Shown: positions 30,647-39,713 of the stretch, in pieces
Numbering within the stretch: position 1 is the stretch's first letter
Layout of the letters: every line of letters begins with the position of its first letter
Virus record (IMG/VR): IMGVR_UViG_3300042485_001890
Location: 1-54,688 of that record
DNA length: 54,688 bases
Strand: one strand, 5' to 3'
Source: a virus
Lineage: Duplodnaviria > Caudoviricetes
Program-made: the position numbers and the translations under genes
The notes under the pieces: model-generated
The model's input: only the letters and a program-made list of their open reading frames with translations
Databases searched by the model: none
What the model was told of the DNA's origin: nothing

Positions 30647-31213
30647 TTAATCGTCCGCTTCATCGTCTTGAACCACCCAGCCCAGACGAAATAGATCCTC
30701 TCGGATCTCATCAGTGACTACACCTTCCCCAACATAGGCATCGTATTCCTTTGCCTTAGCTTGTTGTTCTAGTGATAGTTTTTGAAATTCTTCTTCGGTT
30801 AGTCTCTCACCCCGAATGCCACTACAGTACCAATCAATGTAGTCGCCCTGTTGTCGCATATCGGCAATGATACCGCCAGCATATCGCCAACTGCACGACC
30901 AACGTTGATTCTTTAGAATTGGCATAACGTCATATTTGATAAAATCCCTATTGCACATTGACGCATAGAGATTTTGAGCATAGACATCACTTTCACGTAC
31001 CTTAATCAGAATCCAATCAGTTGTACGAAGATCGTATTCCATATTGTCTTTACGCCAATTGGGATCTTCTTCTTTGATCAGTTTGTCAAAATTATGTTCT
31101 TCGTACATTTTAATATATGATTTACTGGGCTTTTTACCCTCTTCCTTACAGCGTTCAATATACTTTTCTTTTTGGAAAGTATGGCGCTCAGGGCTTCTTG
31201 AAATTTTTGACAT
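30647..31213 (-). CDS. hypothetical protein
   Basis: 188-aa ORF in a coupled run. Confidence 0.7.
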   Translation of the reverse strand: MSKISRSPERHTFQKEKYIERCKEEGKKPSKSYIKMYEEHNFDKLIKEEDPNWRKDNMEYDLRTTDWILIKVRESDVYAQNLYASMCNRDFIKYDVMPILKNQRWSCSWRYAGGIIADMRQQGDYIDWYCSGIRGERLTEEEFQKLSLEQQAKAKEYDAYVGEGVVTDEIREDLFRLGWVVQDDEADD

Positions 31214-31523
31214 CTTGCACAGCTTGTTTTAATGTTTCACTGTAATTAAGAGCAGATTGCTCTGACAAATGAATATTAGTTTCGAAGTCTACATGACCTT
31301 TGACTAGCAATGTCCATATGTGTTTCCAACGTGACATAGACCAAAAGTTAGTTCTTGTTTGAGTATAAATGGTTACAGTTACACCAGTATCTTCTGCTTC
31401 TATATCAATGGTATGTGTACAATCATCGGAGCCACATTCGCAGACAACCTTGTACAGCTTAGATGAGCCCCACTCGTTAACTTTTAAAATACTCCTAGCT
31501 GGAGTTTCGGCTATTAGGTCCAT
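31188..31523 (-). CDS. hypothetical protein (CxC...C.H motif)
   Basis: 111-aa ORF overlapping its neighbours. Confidence 0.65.
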   Translation of the reverse strand: MDLIAETPARSILKVNEWGSSKLYKVVCECGSDDCTHTIDIEAEDTGVTVTIYTQTRTNFWSMSRWKHIWTLLVKGHVDFETNIHLSEQSALNYSETLKQAVQDVKNFKKP

Positions 31524-32350
31524 AGACTATCTCGAGCTTTGATTAAACGGATCATCATGGCTTCGTCTTCGGCTGCGTGTTCTTCTTCAATTTTCTGTAG
31601 CAGTTCGTGTGATCGTGTGCTGAGTTCTTCAAGTTCGGGAGTCTTCTTGCTGCCAAAAAGTCTGCCATCGTTGAGTATCCGAGCCTTTTCGCAGTATTCT
31701 GTCCAGCCACTTGCATCGTGTGGGTCTGGACGATTTGGGTACACAGTGGTCCACCATAGATAAAGCTCTTTAATTTCCTTGGCACGAATGGCCTGTCCAG
31801 TGGGCTTGCCGTACTCTGGATGATCAGGTTCGCACCAGTCGGTGTTAGTCAGAGTCATTGCCCAATCTAAATGATCAATACCTGCTTGTGGACAACGCCA
31901 TACACGCCAACGGAACCAACCGCTAGCCCAAAAGGGAGGATCATACTTTGCACGAGCTTCTTTATCTCCCCAGGCAATGTGACTCCACGCAGATTCTATC
32001 TCCACAAAATCGACAAGCTCATTAAATAGACAAGGAAGGAAACGATTGCCAACATCGCACCACTGACCGGGTCTAATGTCTTTAGGGTGTGCAGTAAGAC
32101 TATGAGTACGACTAACCCAGCGATTATTGATATAGTACTTAACATCGTAAATTTTCCTAACAGGCCAAGTGACAAAATCTTGAACATAGCTAAGGCCTTC
32201 TTCAGCAATCCAATAGCGAACTGGATGATAGCGTTTTGCTTCGTCTTCCCAGTTGTGCCATTCGTCACTGGTTCCCATTTTTAGTTTGGGTTTGCCGCGA
32301 ACCCAATCTGCAAAGGGTGAGCATGACCAGTAGTTGGTGTGATGTGCCAT
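31514..32350 (-). CDS. Trp-rich hypothetical protein
   Basis: 278-aa ORF downstream of a consensus promoter. Confidence 0.75.
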   Translation of the reverse strand: MAHHTNYWSCSPFADWVRGKPKLKMGTSDEWHNWEDEAKRYHPVRYWIAEEGLSYVQDFVTWPVRKIYDVKYYINNRWVSRTHSLTAHPKDIRPGQWCDVGNRFLPCLFNELVDFVEIESAWSHIAWGDKEARAKYDPPFWASGWFRWRVWRCPQAGIDHLDWAMTLTNTDWCEPDHPEYGKPTGQAIRAKEIKELYLWWTTVYPNRPDPHDASGWTEYCEKARILNDGRLFGSKKTPELEELSTRSHELLQKIEEEHAAEDEAMMIRLIKARDSLWT

Positions 32351-32381
32351 AGTATAGTATATGTTCTCTGTTAGTAAAGTA

Positions 32382-32410
32382 ATTATACTATCTTTCTAGA
32401 AACCTGTCAA
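32382..32410 (-). promoter_or_regulatory. sigma70-type early promoter
   Basis: TTGACA-N17-TATAAT. Confidence 0.75.
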
Positions 32411-32427
32411 TACAATTCTTTTTTGAA

Positions 32428-32811
32428 TCAAATCTTTCTTTGGTATCCTGCAAGATTGAGCATGATACTGTATTGCTCGTAGGCTTTTTGAACAGCTTGA
32501 TTTGACTGCCGATACCAACTTTCTTCTCTTTCTTTTTCCATAAGCATAGCAAACATATCAGCATCGCTGTAGCCGTGTTTATGATTGCCAAAAAACCTCT
32601 GTTCCATTTCGACTAGAGCTCGAAATCTACTTTCTGGTATTTGAACTGTGTAAACTTTTTCTGTTTCATATTCTACAAAATCCCTGCTTACAATATCTGC
32701 TCGCATAGGATCTGTAAAATACCTAGGAGGATGGTATCTAGCTCTACGTTTTTGATCATCTACGATTTGTATCTCGTAGTTTTTGCAAAACTGATCAATT
32801 TTTTCTTTCAT
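32428..32811 (-). CDS. hypothetical protein
   Basis: 127-aa ORF coupled to thyX (ATGA overlap). Confidence 0.7.
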   Translation of the reverse strand: MKEKIDQFCKNYEIQIVDDQKRRARYHPPRYFTDPMRADIVSRDFVEYETEKVYTVQIPESRFRALVEMEQRFFGNHKHGYSDADMFAMLMEKEREESWYRQSNQAVQKAYEQYSIMLNLAGYQRKI

Positions 32812-33473
32812 TGAACTAGGCTTTCACTCATTGGAAATATAGCAGCAATGGCTCGAGCACAGGCCATTGCAATCAGCTGATGTTCCTTCTGTGTACCATT
32901 GCCACTACGCAGTTCGATAAAATGAATCCAGCTACGCAGTGTGCCGTTCATATACAATCTGCTTTCAATTAGACCCTCGGGTAACACAGCACGAGCCTGT
33001 TCCTTGGCTATGCCGTTCTTGATAGCCCACTCGTATTCTCGTTGTGCGGCATAGATGACTCGTTGTTGAGCTCTGTACCATTCGTTTTGTAACAGTTGAT
33101 CTTCCACTGAGACACTGTTCTGTCTGTTCTTGGGGTCTTGCAGTCTAGCTTCTCTTGTAACGAACTTGAGATCTTTAGTTGGGTCAGCATAGCGTTGACT
33201 GAACTCTTGGAAGCTGAAACTTCTGTGTCTAAGAATTTGTCGGGCAATGTCTCTAGTTGTGGTAATTTCGACGCAGGCGGAGACCATCTCAAGTGGGCTC
33301 CAGTGAGCGTGTCTGACCAAGTATCTAATAAGCTTCTCTGATGTTTCAGAGTTAAATTGGTTGCTTGGGTTGGACACACGGGCGCAATACGCAATGAGTT
33401 CCTGCGCATCATCGATGCCCAAATCTCTAAATTCGTCTGTGGGTTGTGAATAGGATACCAGCTTAACATCCAT
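32808..33473 (-). CDS. thyX: flavin-dependent thymidylate synthase
   Basis: HWSPLE, RQILRHRSFSFQEFSQRY, EQARAVLP, TQKEH. Confidence 0.95.
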   Translation of the reverse strand: MDVKLVSYSQPTDEFRDLGIDDAQELIAYCARVSNPSNQFNSETSEKLIRYLVRHAHWSPLEMVSACVEITTTRDIARQILRHRSFSFQEFSQRYADPTKDLKFVTREARLQDPKNRQNSVSVEDQLLQNEWYRAQQRVIYAAQREYEWAIKNGIAKEQARAVLPEGLIESRLYMNGTLRSWIHFIELRSGNGTQKEHQLIAMACARAIAAIFPMSESLVQ

Positions 33474-33477
33474 ATAT

Positions 33478-33993
33478 TTACTCTTCTTCTTGGGGTAATT
33501 CCTGACAGAGTTTCTCCATCAGCTTGTAATGTTCATAGGCTTTTTTAAGTGCTTCGAACTTTTCTAGTTTAGCAGGGTCTGGCACGAGTATGGCCAAGCG
33601 TTCTTCCATCTTGTCCATGAACTGTTTGAGACTTTTTCCGGCTACTGTGATATCAGTGCCAGCGGCCATGTCAATACCGGTATTGCTGATATTAACAGTT
33701 GGGGGATTATTCCAGTTGCTGCCTGTACCTGTTGAAGTATAAAACTGTCCACTAGTTCCAGTAGTCCATTGATTATTACTATTATTAATTGTAGTAATGT
33801 TACCAATAGTATTGCCACCATAGGTAAAGGTGCTACTAGGTAGGGTTATTGTATTAATACTCGAATATTGATCCGACGACCCAGTAAGTGTAATTGTATC
33901 CAGGGTGTCGATCATGGTGCTTGCCTGAGCAGCACCATAATCACCTAGATCAATTTCAATATCATCAAATGTGATATCGTCCTTGTTGTTCAT
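33478..33993 (-). CDS. hypothetical protein (T/S/N-rich)
   Basis: 171-aa ORF. Confidence 0.65.
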   Translation of the reverse strand: MNNKDDITFDDIEIDLGDYGAAQASTMIDTLDTITLTGSSDQYSSINTITLPSSTFTYGGNTIGNITTINNSNNQWTTGTSGQFYTSTGTGSNWNNPPTVNISNTGIDMAAGTDITVAGKSLKQFMDKMEERLAILVPDPAKLEKFEALKKAYEHYKLMEKLCQELPQEEE

Positions 33994-33995
33994 CT

Positions 33996-34187
33996 TTAGG
34001 CCTTGGCTTCTTTGCGAGCGTTCTTTTCTTCTGTGATTTCGTTGCGACGAGCCTTAACACCTTTGGCCACTTCTTGAAGAGCTTTGCGAGCACGAGTACC
34101 TGCGGCACCGTTGCCGGCTGTGAATTTTGCGTCCTCAGCTAAGAATGCTTCGAAATCTGTTTTGAGTTGTTCTACTGTTGTTGACAT
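33996..34187 (-). CDS. histone H1-like Hc1 family protein
   Basis: KFTAGNGAAGTRARKALQE...RNEI motif. Confidence 0.75.
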   Translation of the reverse strand: MSTTVEQLKTDFEAFLAEDAKFTAGNGAAGTRARKALQEVAKGVKARRNEITEEKNARKEAKA

Positions 34188-34231
34188 AATATATTTCCTT
34201 AAAGTTATGTTCTAATACTTATTATCGTATA

Positions 34232-34342
34232 TGGTATGGTCGGTAGGTTTCGAACCTACAAGGGCTACGTCTATGACTACGCCCCGTCCCCTTACCAAGC
34301 TATGGGCTTGGCGGGAGGTCTGCCTATTCCACTCACGACCAC
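34232..34342 (-). ncRNA. atypical 111-nt tRNA-like RNA (Leu-like scaffold, elongated anticodon arm)
   Basis: acceptor GUGGUCG/CGACCAU-A-CCA; T-arm GUAGG-UUCGAAA-CCUAC; D-loop GAAUAGGCAGA; long variable arm; own TTGACT-N16-TATACT promoter at 34349-34376. Confidence 0.7.
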
Positions 34343-34390
34343 AATATTAGTATACAGGAAATAATACTAGAGTCAAGTCTTTTCTGTCAA

Positions 34391-35785
34391 TTATGTGAAC
34401 AATTGGTAACTTACAGTCCAAAGTAAATTGAAACCAGCTGTAACCGATGTACTGGTAATTGGTCTTAGTCTAATTGTGCCAGTTGCACTGTCGTAGTCTG
34501 CGGTAATCGAACTAATAAGATTAGTAGCTCCACTGGTAGCTGCCGCGGCCTGAGCATTTACAATAGTAACAGCGGCTGAGCTATTTGCCAACAACACTTC
34601 GCTAATATGTACATTGTTAGCTTGACTGACTTTGAATGTTGCTCGACAACCTTTATAGATTGTGGAGTTATAAGAAATGGTTGTATATGTCTCTGCGGTA
34701 CCTGATGCCAATTGAACATAAGTGCCGTTTTGAACACCATTTACTACTCGATCAACTCCTTGTGTCTGTAAAGTGGTACTGATATAGTCTCTGTTAACGC
34801 TGTTTTGCACAACACTGTCGCCAACGGTCAGTGTACCGTCAACTGTTAAATTGCTGCTAAAGGTAGCTGCTTGAGAAACTACAATACTGCTGGAATCTGT
34901 AGTTGATATAGTAGATCCTGTAATTCTTACAGCTTCAATATTTACAGCGCCGGAGCCATTGCCTTGAACAGTAATATTGCCATTTGTGGTCAATGCTTCA
35001 ATTAAGTTTGATTGGAATGCACCGGTATTGGCAATCTTAGCTACCGCTGTAATAGTAGCACCCTGTCTTACCCTAAATGTCATATAACCAGGTACTACTC
35101 CACTAGAAACTGCACCCTCTACACCTACAGTAATACTTGCTGCTGTTCGGAAAGTTGTACCGTCGTGTCCATTAAAGGTTATATCTATAATGTCGTCACC
35201 GTTTACCACTGCTGTAGGCGCTGCATTTGTTCCTCTAGTCCTAACAATATTAATAGGGTTAGCATCAACCGTGTTATGATGTTGTTGAATATTGAAAAAA
35301 GTAGAATCTGCTGCATCATAGGTGTCTTTGAAAAATATAGCAGTACCCCTTATTGCCAAAGAAGCATCTGTTGTTTGATCTGTAGGAGTACCAAAACTTC
35401 CTGTGAAATTTACAATATTAGATAGTACATCGCCTTTAATCTGCCCTGCCACAGCGTCAACTAATAATGTTGAAGCATCGGAGAAAACGCTACCAGTTAA
35501 ATCGCCATCAAACGGACCTGTAGCTGCCACAGTTACAGTGGCGTCAATTCTGCCAGCTGCATCATTGTAAGCAAAAGTAATTCCAGAATGCGATCCTGTG
35601 GTAAACAACGATGCTGCGGTATCTTGGGCATCTTCTGTGCTAATACCGGTAGTAGTAACACCTCCAGCAGTTGTGCCATTACCCACAAATAATTGTCCGG
35701 TAGTAGTATCGTGGATCAGCTCGCCAGTCAATGGTGTGATTGCAAGTCGCTGTGCAGTGGTTCCTCTGCGTATTTGTAATGGCAT
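34391..35785 (-). CDS. tail fibre protein with Mtd/hyaluronidase-like N-terminal domain
   Basis: MPLQIRRGT.AQR....P.TGEL..DTTT..LFVGNG.TAGG; AGGAG RBS and TAAATA upstream. Confidence 0.75.
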   Translation of the reverse strand: MPLQIRRGTTAQRLAITPLTGELIHDTTTGQLFVGNGTTAGGVTTTGISTEDAQDTAASLFTTGSHSGITFAYNDAAGRIDATVTVAATGPFDGDLTGSVFSDASTLLVDAVAGQIKGDVLSNIVNFTGSFGTPTDQTTDASLAIRGTAIFFKDTYDAADSTFFNIQQHHNTVDANPINIVRTRGTNAAPTAVVNGDDIIDITFNGHDGTTFRTAASITVGVEGAVSSGVVPGYMTFRVRQGATITAVAKIANTGAFQSNLIEALTTNGNITVQGNGSGAVNIEAVRITGSTISTTDSSSIVVSQAATFSSNLTVDGTLTVGDSVVQNSVNRDYISTTLQTQGVDRVVNGVQNGTYVQLASGTAETYTTISYNSTIYKGCRATFKVSQANNVHISEVLLANSSAAVTIVNAQAAAATSGATNLISSITADYDSATGTIRLRPITSTSVTAGFNLLWTVSYQLFT

Positions 35786-35813
35786 TATTAACTCCTGAAT
35801 TTCTATTCTACTA

Positions 35814-35882
35814 TATTTATTCCAATATTAAATTTACTGTTCTTGCAGTGAATTATATTCACGGTGTTCTAACGTATAAATA
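35814..35882. promoter_or_regulatory. divergent late promoters
   Basis: tattta at 35814-35819; perfect TATAAATA at 35875-35882. Confidence 0.65.
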
Positions 35883-35910
35883 CTGTATTAAACACCAATG
35901 GAGTGCGCAA

Positions 35911-36351
35911 ATGTACACAGTTATAACAAAATGGACACCAAATTCTGATGGTGCTAGATATTTAAGTTTTGCAGCAGTTAAAAACATAATAACTGCTGAT
36001 AATATGGAAAATGGATTACCTTTAGTTCCCCCAGAAAAATATGATGCTGGAATTTACGGAGCATGGGCAGTAGCTGTAGTGCAATACAGCAATTATTTTT
36101 TAGAAACTGGTGGCAATATAGACTATCGATTTTTTTACAACGATCAAGGATCTGTAATAACAGCACAAATATTTGACCTAGAAGAAGTTCATACTGGTGT
36201 ATTATCTCAAAGTTTTTACAATGATTTTGTGTCAGCAAGACAGGCATTTACTGCACTAGTTGATGTGAGTTTTGAAATTAAAAAAACTTCTTTGGATCTT
36301 GGGGCGATTGATTCTTATGAAGAGGCAGCAGCAATATTTGCCACGTTATAA
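35911..36351 (+). CDS. hypothetical protein (146 aa)
   Basis: ATG 35911 with GGAG RBS after TATAAATA; upstream extension in the ORF track is unlikely. Confidence 0.65.
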   Translation: MYTVITKWTPNSDGARYLSFAAVKNIITADNMENGLPLVPPEKYDAGIYGAWAVAVVQYSNYFLETGGNIDYRFFYNDQGSVITAQIFDLEEVHTGVLSQSFYNDFVSARQAFTALVDVSFEIKKTSLDLGAIDSYEEAAAIFATL

Positions 36352-36365
36352 AATTGTACTGTTAA

Positions 36366-37133
36366 ATGCATCCTATAGTAGTAGCGTATCCGAGATCGGG
36401 CAGTGAGATACTAACTAATATTGTTTTTAATTATGCACATCAGGTTTGGAATTCTGAAAGATGTCTCCAAGAATTCCTATTAGTAACATTTTTTAGAAGT
36501 TATGATTTCTCTTTTGTCAATAACAAAATTGAAGGCTCATACTGGTCAATCCCCAAAGACCAATGGAAAGAAAATTGGAATAGTATAAAAGACAAAACCT
36601 TTGAGATTTCTCAAGAAAGAATTTCTTGGCTACAAACCAATCCCAATTATGTCTTCAAGTTAATTACTACTCCTAGATTAACAGATTCCCAATATGACTG
36701 GTGTTTAAAAAATTTCCATTGTATTTTTATACAACGTAACGATAAAATTAGATCGTTTCTAAGTTTTTTATTTTTGTATTACATAGGCACACACCATTCT
36801 CTAGATGCCGATACTATTAAAAAACAAAATTTAAAAATTAAATTTGATATTAATTTTGCAAAATTGTGGGTTTGGGATTATAAAAAATATAACTTGTTGC
36901 GAGATTCTTCAACTGATAAATCAATATTAGTCTACGAAGATCTCCTAGTCGATGGTGCAGTAAGTGAAGATAAAATTTTAAAAACTTTAGGATGGGAAAT
37001 ACCTAAAGATTACAAGTTCTATAAGTTTCAAACTAAACCAACGCCATACGAAGACGACGACATTATAAATTATTTTGAAAATCCGGATGAAGTAAGAGCT
37101 TATATTAAGAGCTTGCCGGAAATTTTTGATTGA
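36366..37133 (+). CDS. sulfotransferase-like P-loop protein
   Basis: VVAYPRSGSE (5'-PSB-like), IFIQRND...SFLS (3'-PB-like), LVYEDL. Confidence 0.65.
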   Translation: MHPIVVAYPRSGSEILTNIVFNYAHQVWNSERCLQEFLLVTFFRSYDFSFVNNKIEGSYWSIPKDQWKENWNSIKDKTFEISQERISWLQTNPNYVFKLITTPRLTDSQYDWCLKNFHCIFIQRNDKIRSFLSFLFLYYIGTHHSLDADTIKKQNLKIKFDINFAKLWVWDYKKYNLLRDSSTDKSILVYEDLLVDGAVSEDKILKTLGWEIPKDYKFYKFQTKPTPYEDDDIINYFENPDEVRAYIKSLPEIFD

Positions 37134-38295
37134 AAATTTCCTTAACTTTACCTTCATTACTAATTAACACAGTTTTGTCCGTGTTAGACATTATAACAAT
37201 TGCAGCAGACGATTGATAAGTTTTTTGACTTACAGGTAATTCATCCCAAGGCCAAGCGTGTTTATAAACAGCATCAACTGATGAGTGTGTTTCTATACCT
37301 CGCCAATTAACAGCTGAAAATTTCCGTTTAGGTTCGGTATTCATCAAATAGACTCTACTAATGTAACCTAGTGCATTGTACTTTACGAGCTCACCTGAAA
37401 ATTGTGTTTGTGTAGTGTAGCAGTTAATAGTTAAATCAACTTGATTTGCTGCTAATTGTTTAGCAAGTGATCCGTAGAACATATGCCCGTTTAATCTAAA
37501 ATTTATTTCTACACAAAAAAACTCTCCTGCATTGTGTTTAATTTCTAAATGCACAGGTCCAAACTTATGATCAAGTTTATCAAGCCATATGGTAGCTACT
37601 TCGTATATTTTATTGATCAGTTGCGGGTCTTCGTTGTAGTGCATTAGCTCTACTTTCTCTTTCCAAATTTTATCTGTAGAATTTCTTATGTATTTCCAAA
37701 CAGCTACTAACTTATGGTTACCGTTGCAACTTACAAAGTCAACAGCATATTCATCCCCATTAAAAAATTTAGATATAAAGAAATTTTCTCTGTCTGTTAT
37801 ATCTACAGTTTGAGAATTTACAAACGATACGTCTAAACATCCGCCTGAATATTCCACAGGAGCAGGTTTAATAACACATTCATTGTGGCTATTGGCAAAT
37901 TCTTTAAAATTTGTAATTGCAGATTCTTGACCCAATGTTTGATACAATACAAATTTATTGTATCTCTCATTGGCAAATGTTAAACTATGTTTATTGTTTA
38001 GATTTAATACATAGTCTATTGCATCTTTTAATTGTTGGCCACTTTCTGTACAAGAAAATACAAATAAAATATTATGTTTGTATTCATTGAGTTCTTCTAT
38101 TAACACGTTAATGTCTTCAAAAATAAAAGATCTAATAAACAAACTGTTAGTAACAGTAGAAAAGTTTTCATCAAATGACTTTTTACTACTAAAAATATGT
38201 ATAGGAATAATATTCTGAAAGAAGCATCTATGCACTAATGCATTGTGCGAGCGAAAAGAATCAATAATTATAACGTATTTTTTTGTGCTAACCAT
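37105..38295 (-). CDS. ATP-grasp ligase (L-amino-acid ligase-like)
   Basis: NKF, CVIKP...SGG, GDEYAVD.VS.NG.H, GPVHLEIK, VEINFRLNG. Confidence 0.8.
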   Translation of the reverse strand: MVSTKKYVIIIDSFRSHNALVHRCFFQNIIPIHIFSSKKSFDENFSTVTNSLFIRSFIFEDINVLIEELNEYKHNILFVFSCTESGQQLKDAIDYVLNLNNKHSLTFANERYNKFVLYQTLGQESAITNFKEFANSHNECVIKPAPVEYSGGCLDVSFVNSQTVDITDRENFFISKFFNGDEYAVDFVSCNGNHKLVAVWKYIRNSTDKIWKEKVELMHYNEDPQLINKIYEVATIWLDKLDHKFGPVHLEIKHNAGEFFCVEINFRLNGHMFYGSLAKQLAANQVDLTINCYTTQTQFSGELVKYNALGYISRVYLMNTEPKRKFSAVNWRGIETHSSVDAVYKHAWPWDELPVSQKTYQSSAAIVIMSNTDKTVLISNEGKVKEIFNQKFPASS

Positions 38296-39119
38296 GTTGT
38301 TATACTTTCACCTAGTGGGATCCTAATAGTGCCGTTTGGTCTTGTGTAAAACTTATAGCTTGTGTTTTGAGTTGTAGCTAGTATGGCACTTTGACTTGGA
38401 TCAAAGTCTTCAAAATGTTTACAGAATTCTAATTGGTGTTCTTTTAATTTAGAAGCTAATGTTATTATGTCTACTTCTTTACAAATGTTTGCTATTAGAT
38501 TAAACGGCTGTAGGCCAACATATCCAAAGGTTTTTTGTAGCACATGTAAATTTTGAATTTTTTTCTTACTTAAAATAAGGCCGCATCTTAGTTCAGGAAG
38601 TCCTAAGTTTTTGCTAAAACCTAACAACAATATTTCTGTGTTAGATGGCACCGGAGTTTTATCTAAACAAGTTCCTATATATGCACCGTCTAATATATGT
38701 ACTTTACTATCCCATACGGTTGCGTGAACTGAACCATCTATAGTACTGGGATTAGTATCGTAACTTATATGACAATTTGTAATACTAGGTACTTCGGTGG
38801 CACTTTTAATAGTCTTAAGCCAGAAGTAATCACCTAGCAACATCTTAATATCTATGTTTTTAAAATGAATAGGCATATACTCTAATGCCTGAGTAATACC
38901 GTTGTTCATAAAATACATATAGGGAAATTGATCTATATCTATAAGCGGACGATACCAGTCCCTAAAAACAGCTTCAAGTTGGGATACATTTAGCAGTTGC
39001 TCTCTTTCATAGTATCTGTAATGGCGTTTTGCTAATTCAACAATTTCAGGCAGTCGTATTGGAGTTACTTTAGGAAAAGGAAAAATATTTGATTGATCTA
39101 CAAATGTTGGGATCTGCAT
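38268..39119 (-). CDS. PLP-dependent enzyme, aminotransferase class I/II-like
   Basis: NGITQAL, TNPSTIDG, ILDGAY, GFSKNLGLPELRCG; probable start MQIPT 5 nt after TAAATA. Confidence 0.75.
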   Translation of the reverse strand: MQIPTFVDQSNIFPFPKVTPIRLPEIVELAKRHYRYYEREQLLNVSQLEAVFRDWYRPLIDIDQFPYMYFMNNGITQALEYMPIHFKNIDIKMLLGDYFWLKTIKSATEVPSITNCHISYDTNPSTIDGSVHATVWDSKVHILDGAYIGTCLDKTPVPSNTEILLLGFSKNLGLPELRCGLILSKKKIQNLHVLQKTFGYVGLQPFNLIANICKEVDIITLASKLKEHQLEFCKHFEDFDPSQSAILATTQNTSYKFYTRPNGTIRIPLGESITTWLAQKNTL

Positions 39120-39124
39120 GTTAA

Positions 39125-39144
39125 TATTTAACTCCATATAAATA
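39125..39144. promoter_or_regulatory. back-to-back late promoters
   Basis: tattta at 39125-39130 and TATAAATA at 39137-39144, each 5 nt from an ATG. Confidence 0.7.
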
Positions 39145-39149
39145 CTTTT

Positions 39150-39713
39150 ATGAATTTTATGAAATTAAAACATAACCTTGATATATCCAATTATGTAGTT
39201 AACGAAACATATATTTCATACGGACTTACCGATGACACAATATTCAAAGGAGTTAAGTATTCAAAAACTGATACTTCATTTAAATCAAAAATATTTTCGT
39301 TAATTCCTGAAGAATGTCAACAATACTTTACTATGTCAGTAATGGAAATAAATTGGACTATCCCGCCTCATACAGACAGTGACATTACTGCAACCATAAA
39401 TTGTTATGTTAAAACAGGCAATTGTACAACTCAGTTTTATAAATTAAAACCAGAGATTACAGATCCGAAAACTCCGTTATGGAAACCCGCCGCCCAAACA
39501 ACAGGAAGAATGTTTTCGTTAGATGACTTAGACGAAGTTGATAAGTTTAATGCTAATCCTGGCGAAATATATTTGTTAAACGTTTCACAACCTCATTCAG
39601 TAAGAAGGCCGCCCGACGTGGTGTACGTTGATCGAGTCGCAATTTGTTTACAGTCTAAAAAGTTTAATTTTAATGAAACAATAAAATTATTAGAAGCCAC
39701 TGGCAATTTATGA
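39150..39713 (+). CDS. cupin/2OG-Fe(II) dioxygenase-like protein
   Basis: IPPHTD...LLNVSQPHSV...RVAICL (HxD...H...R). Confidence 0.65.
   Translation: MNFMKLKHNLDISNYVVNETYISYGLTDDTIFKGVKYSKTDTSFKSKIFSLIPEECQQYFTMSVMEINWTIPPHTDSDITATINCYVKTGNCTTQFYKLKPEITDPKTPLWKPAAQTTGRMFSLDDLDEVDKFNANPGEIYLLNVSQPHSVRRPPDVVYVDRVAICLQSKKFNFNETIKLLEATGNL

Noticed and set aside
34232-34342. tmRNA or selenocysteine/suppressor tRNA
   Set aside because: No G3:U70 Ala identity or tag ORF, no UCA/CUA anticodon, and the acceptor stem is a standard 7 bp
34391-35785. Diversity-generating retroelement suggested by the Mtd-like N-terminus
   Set aside because: No reverse transcriptase and no TR/VR pair differing only at adenines seen in the window
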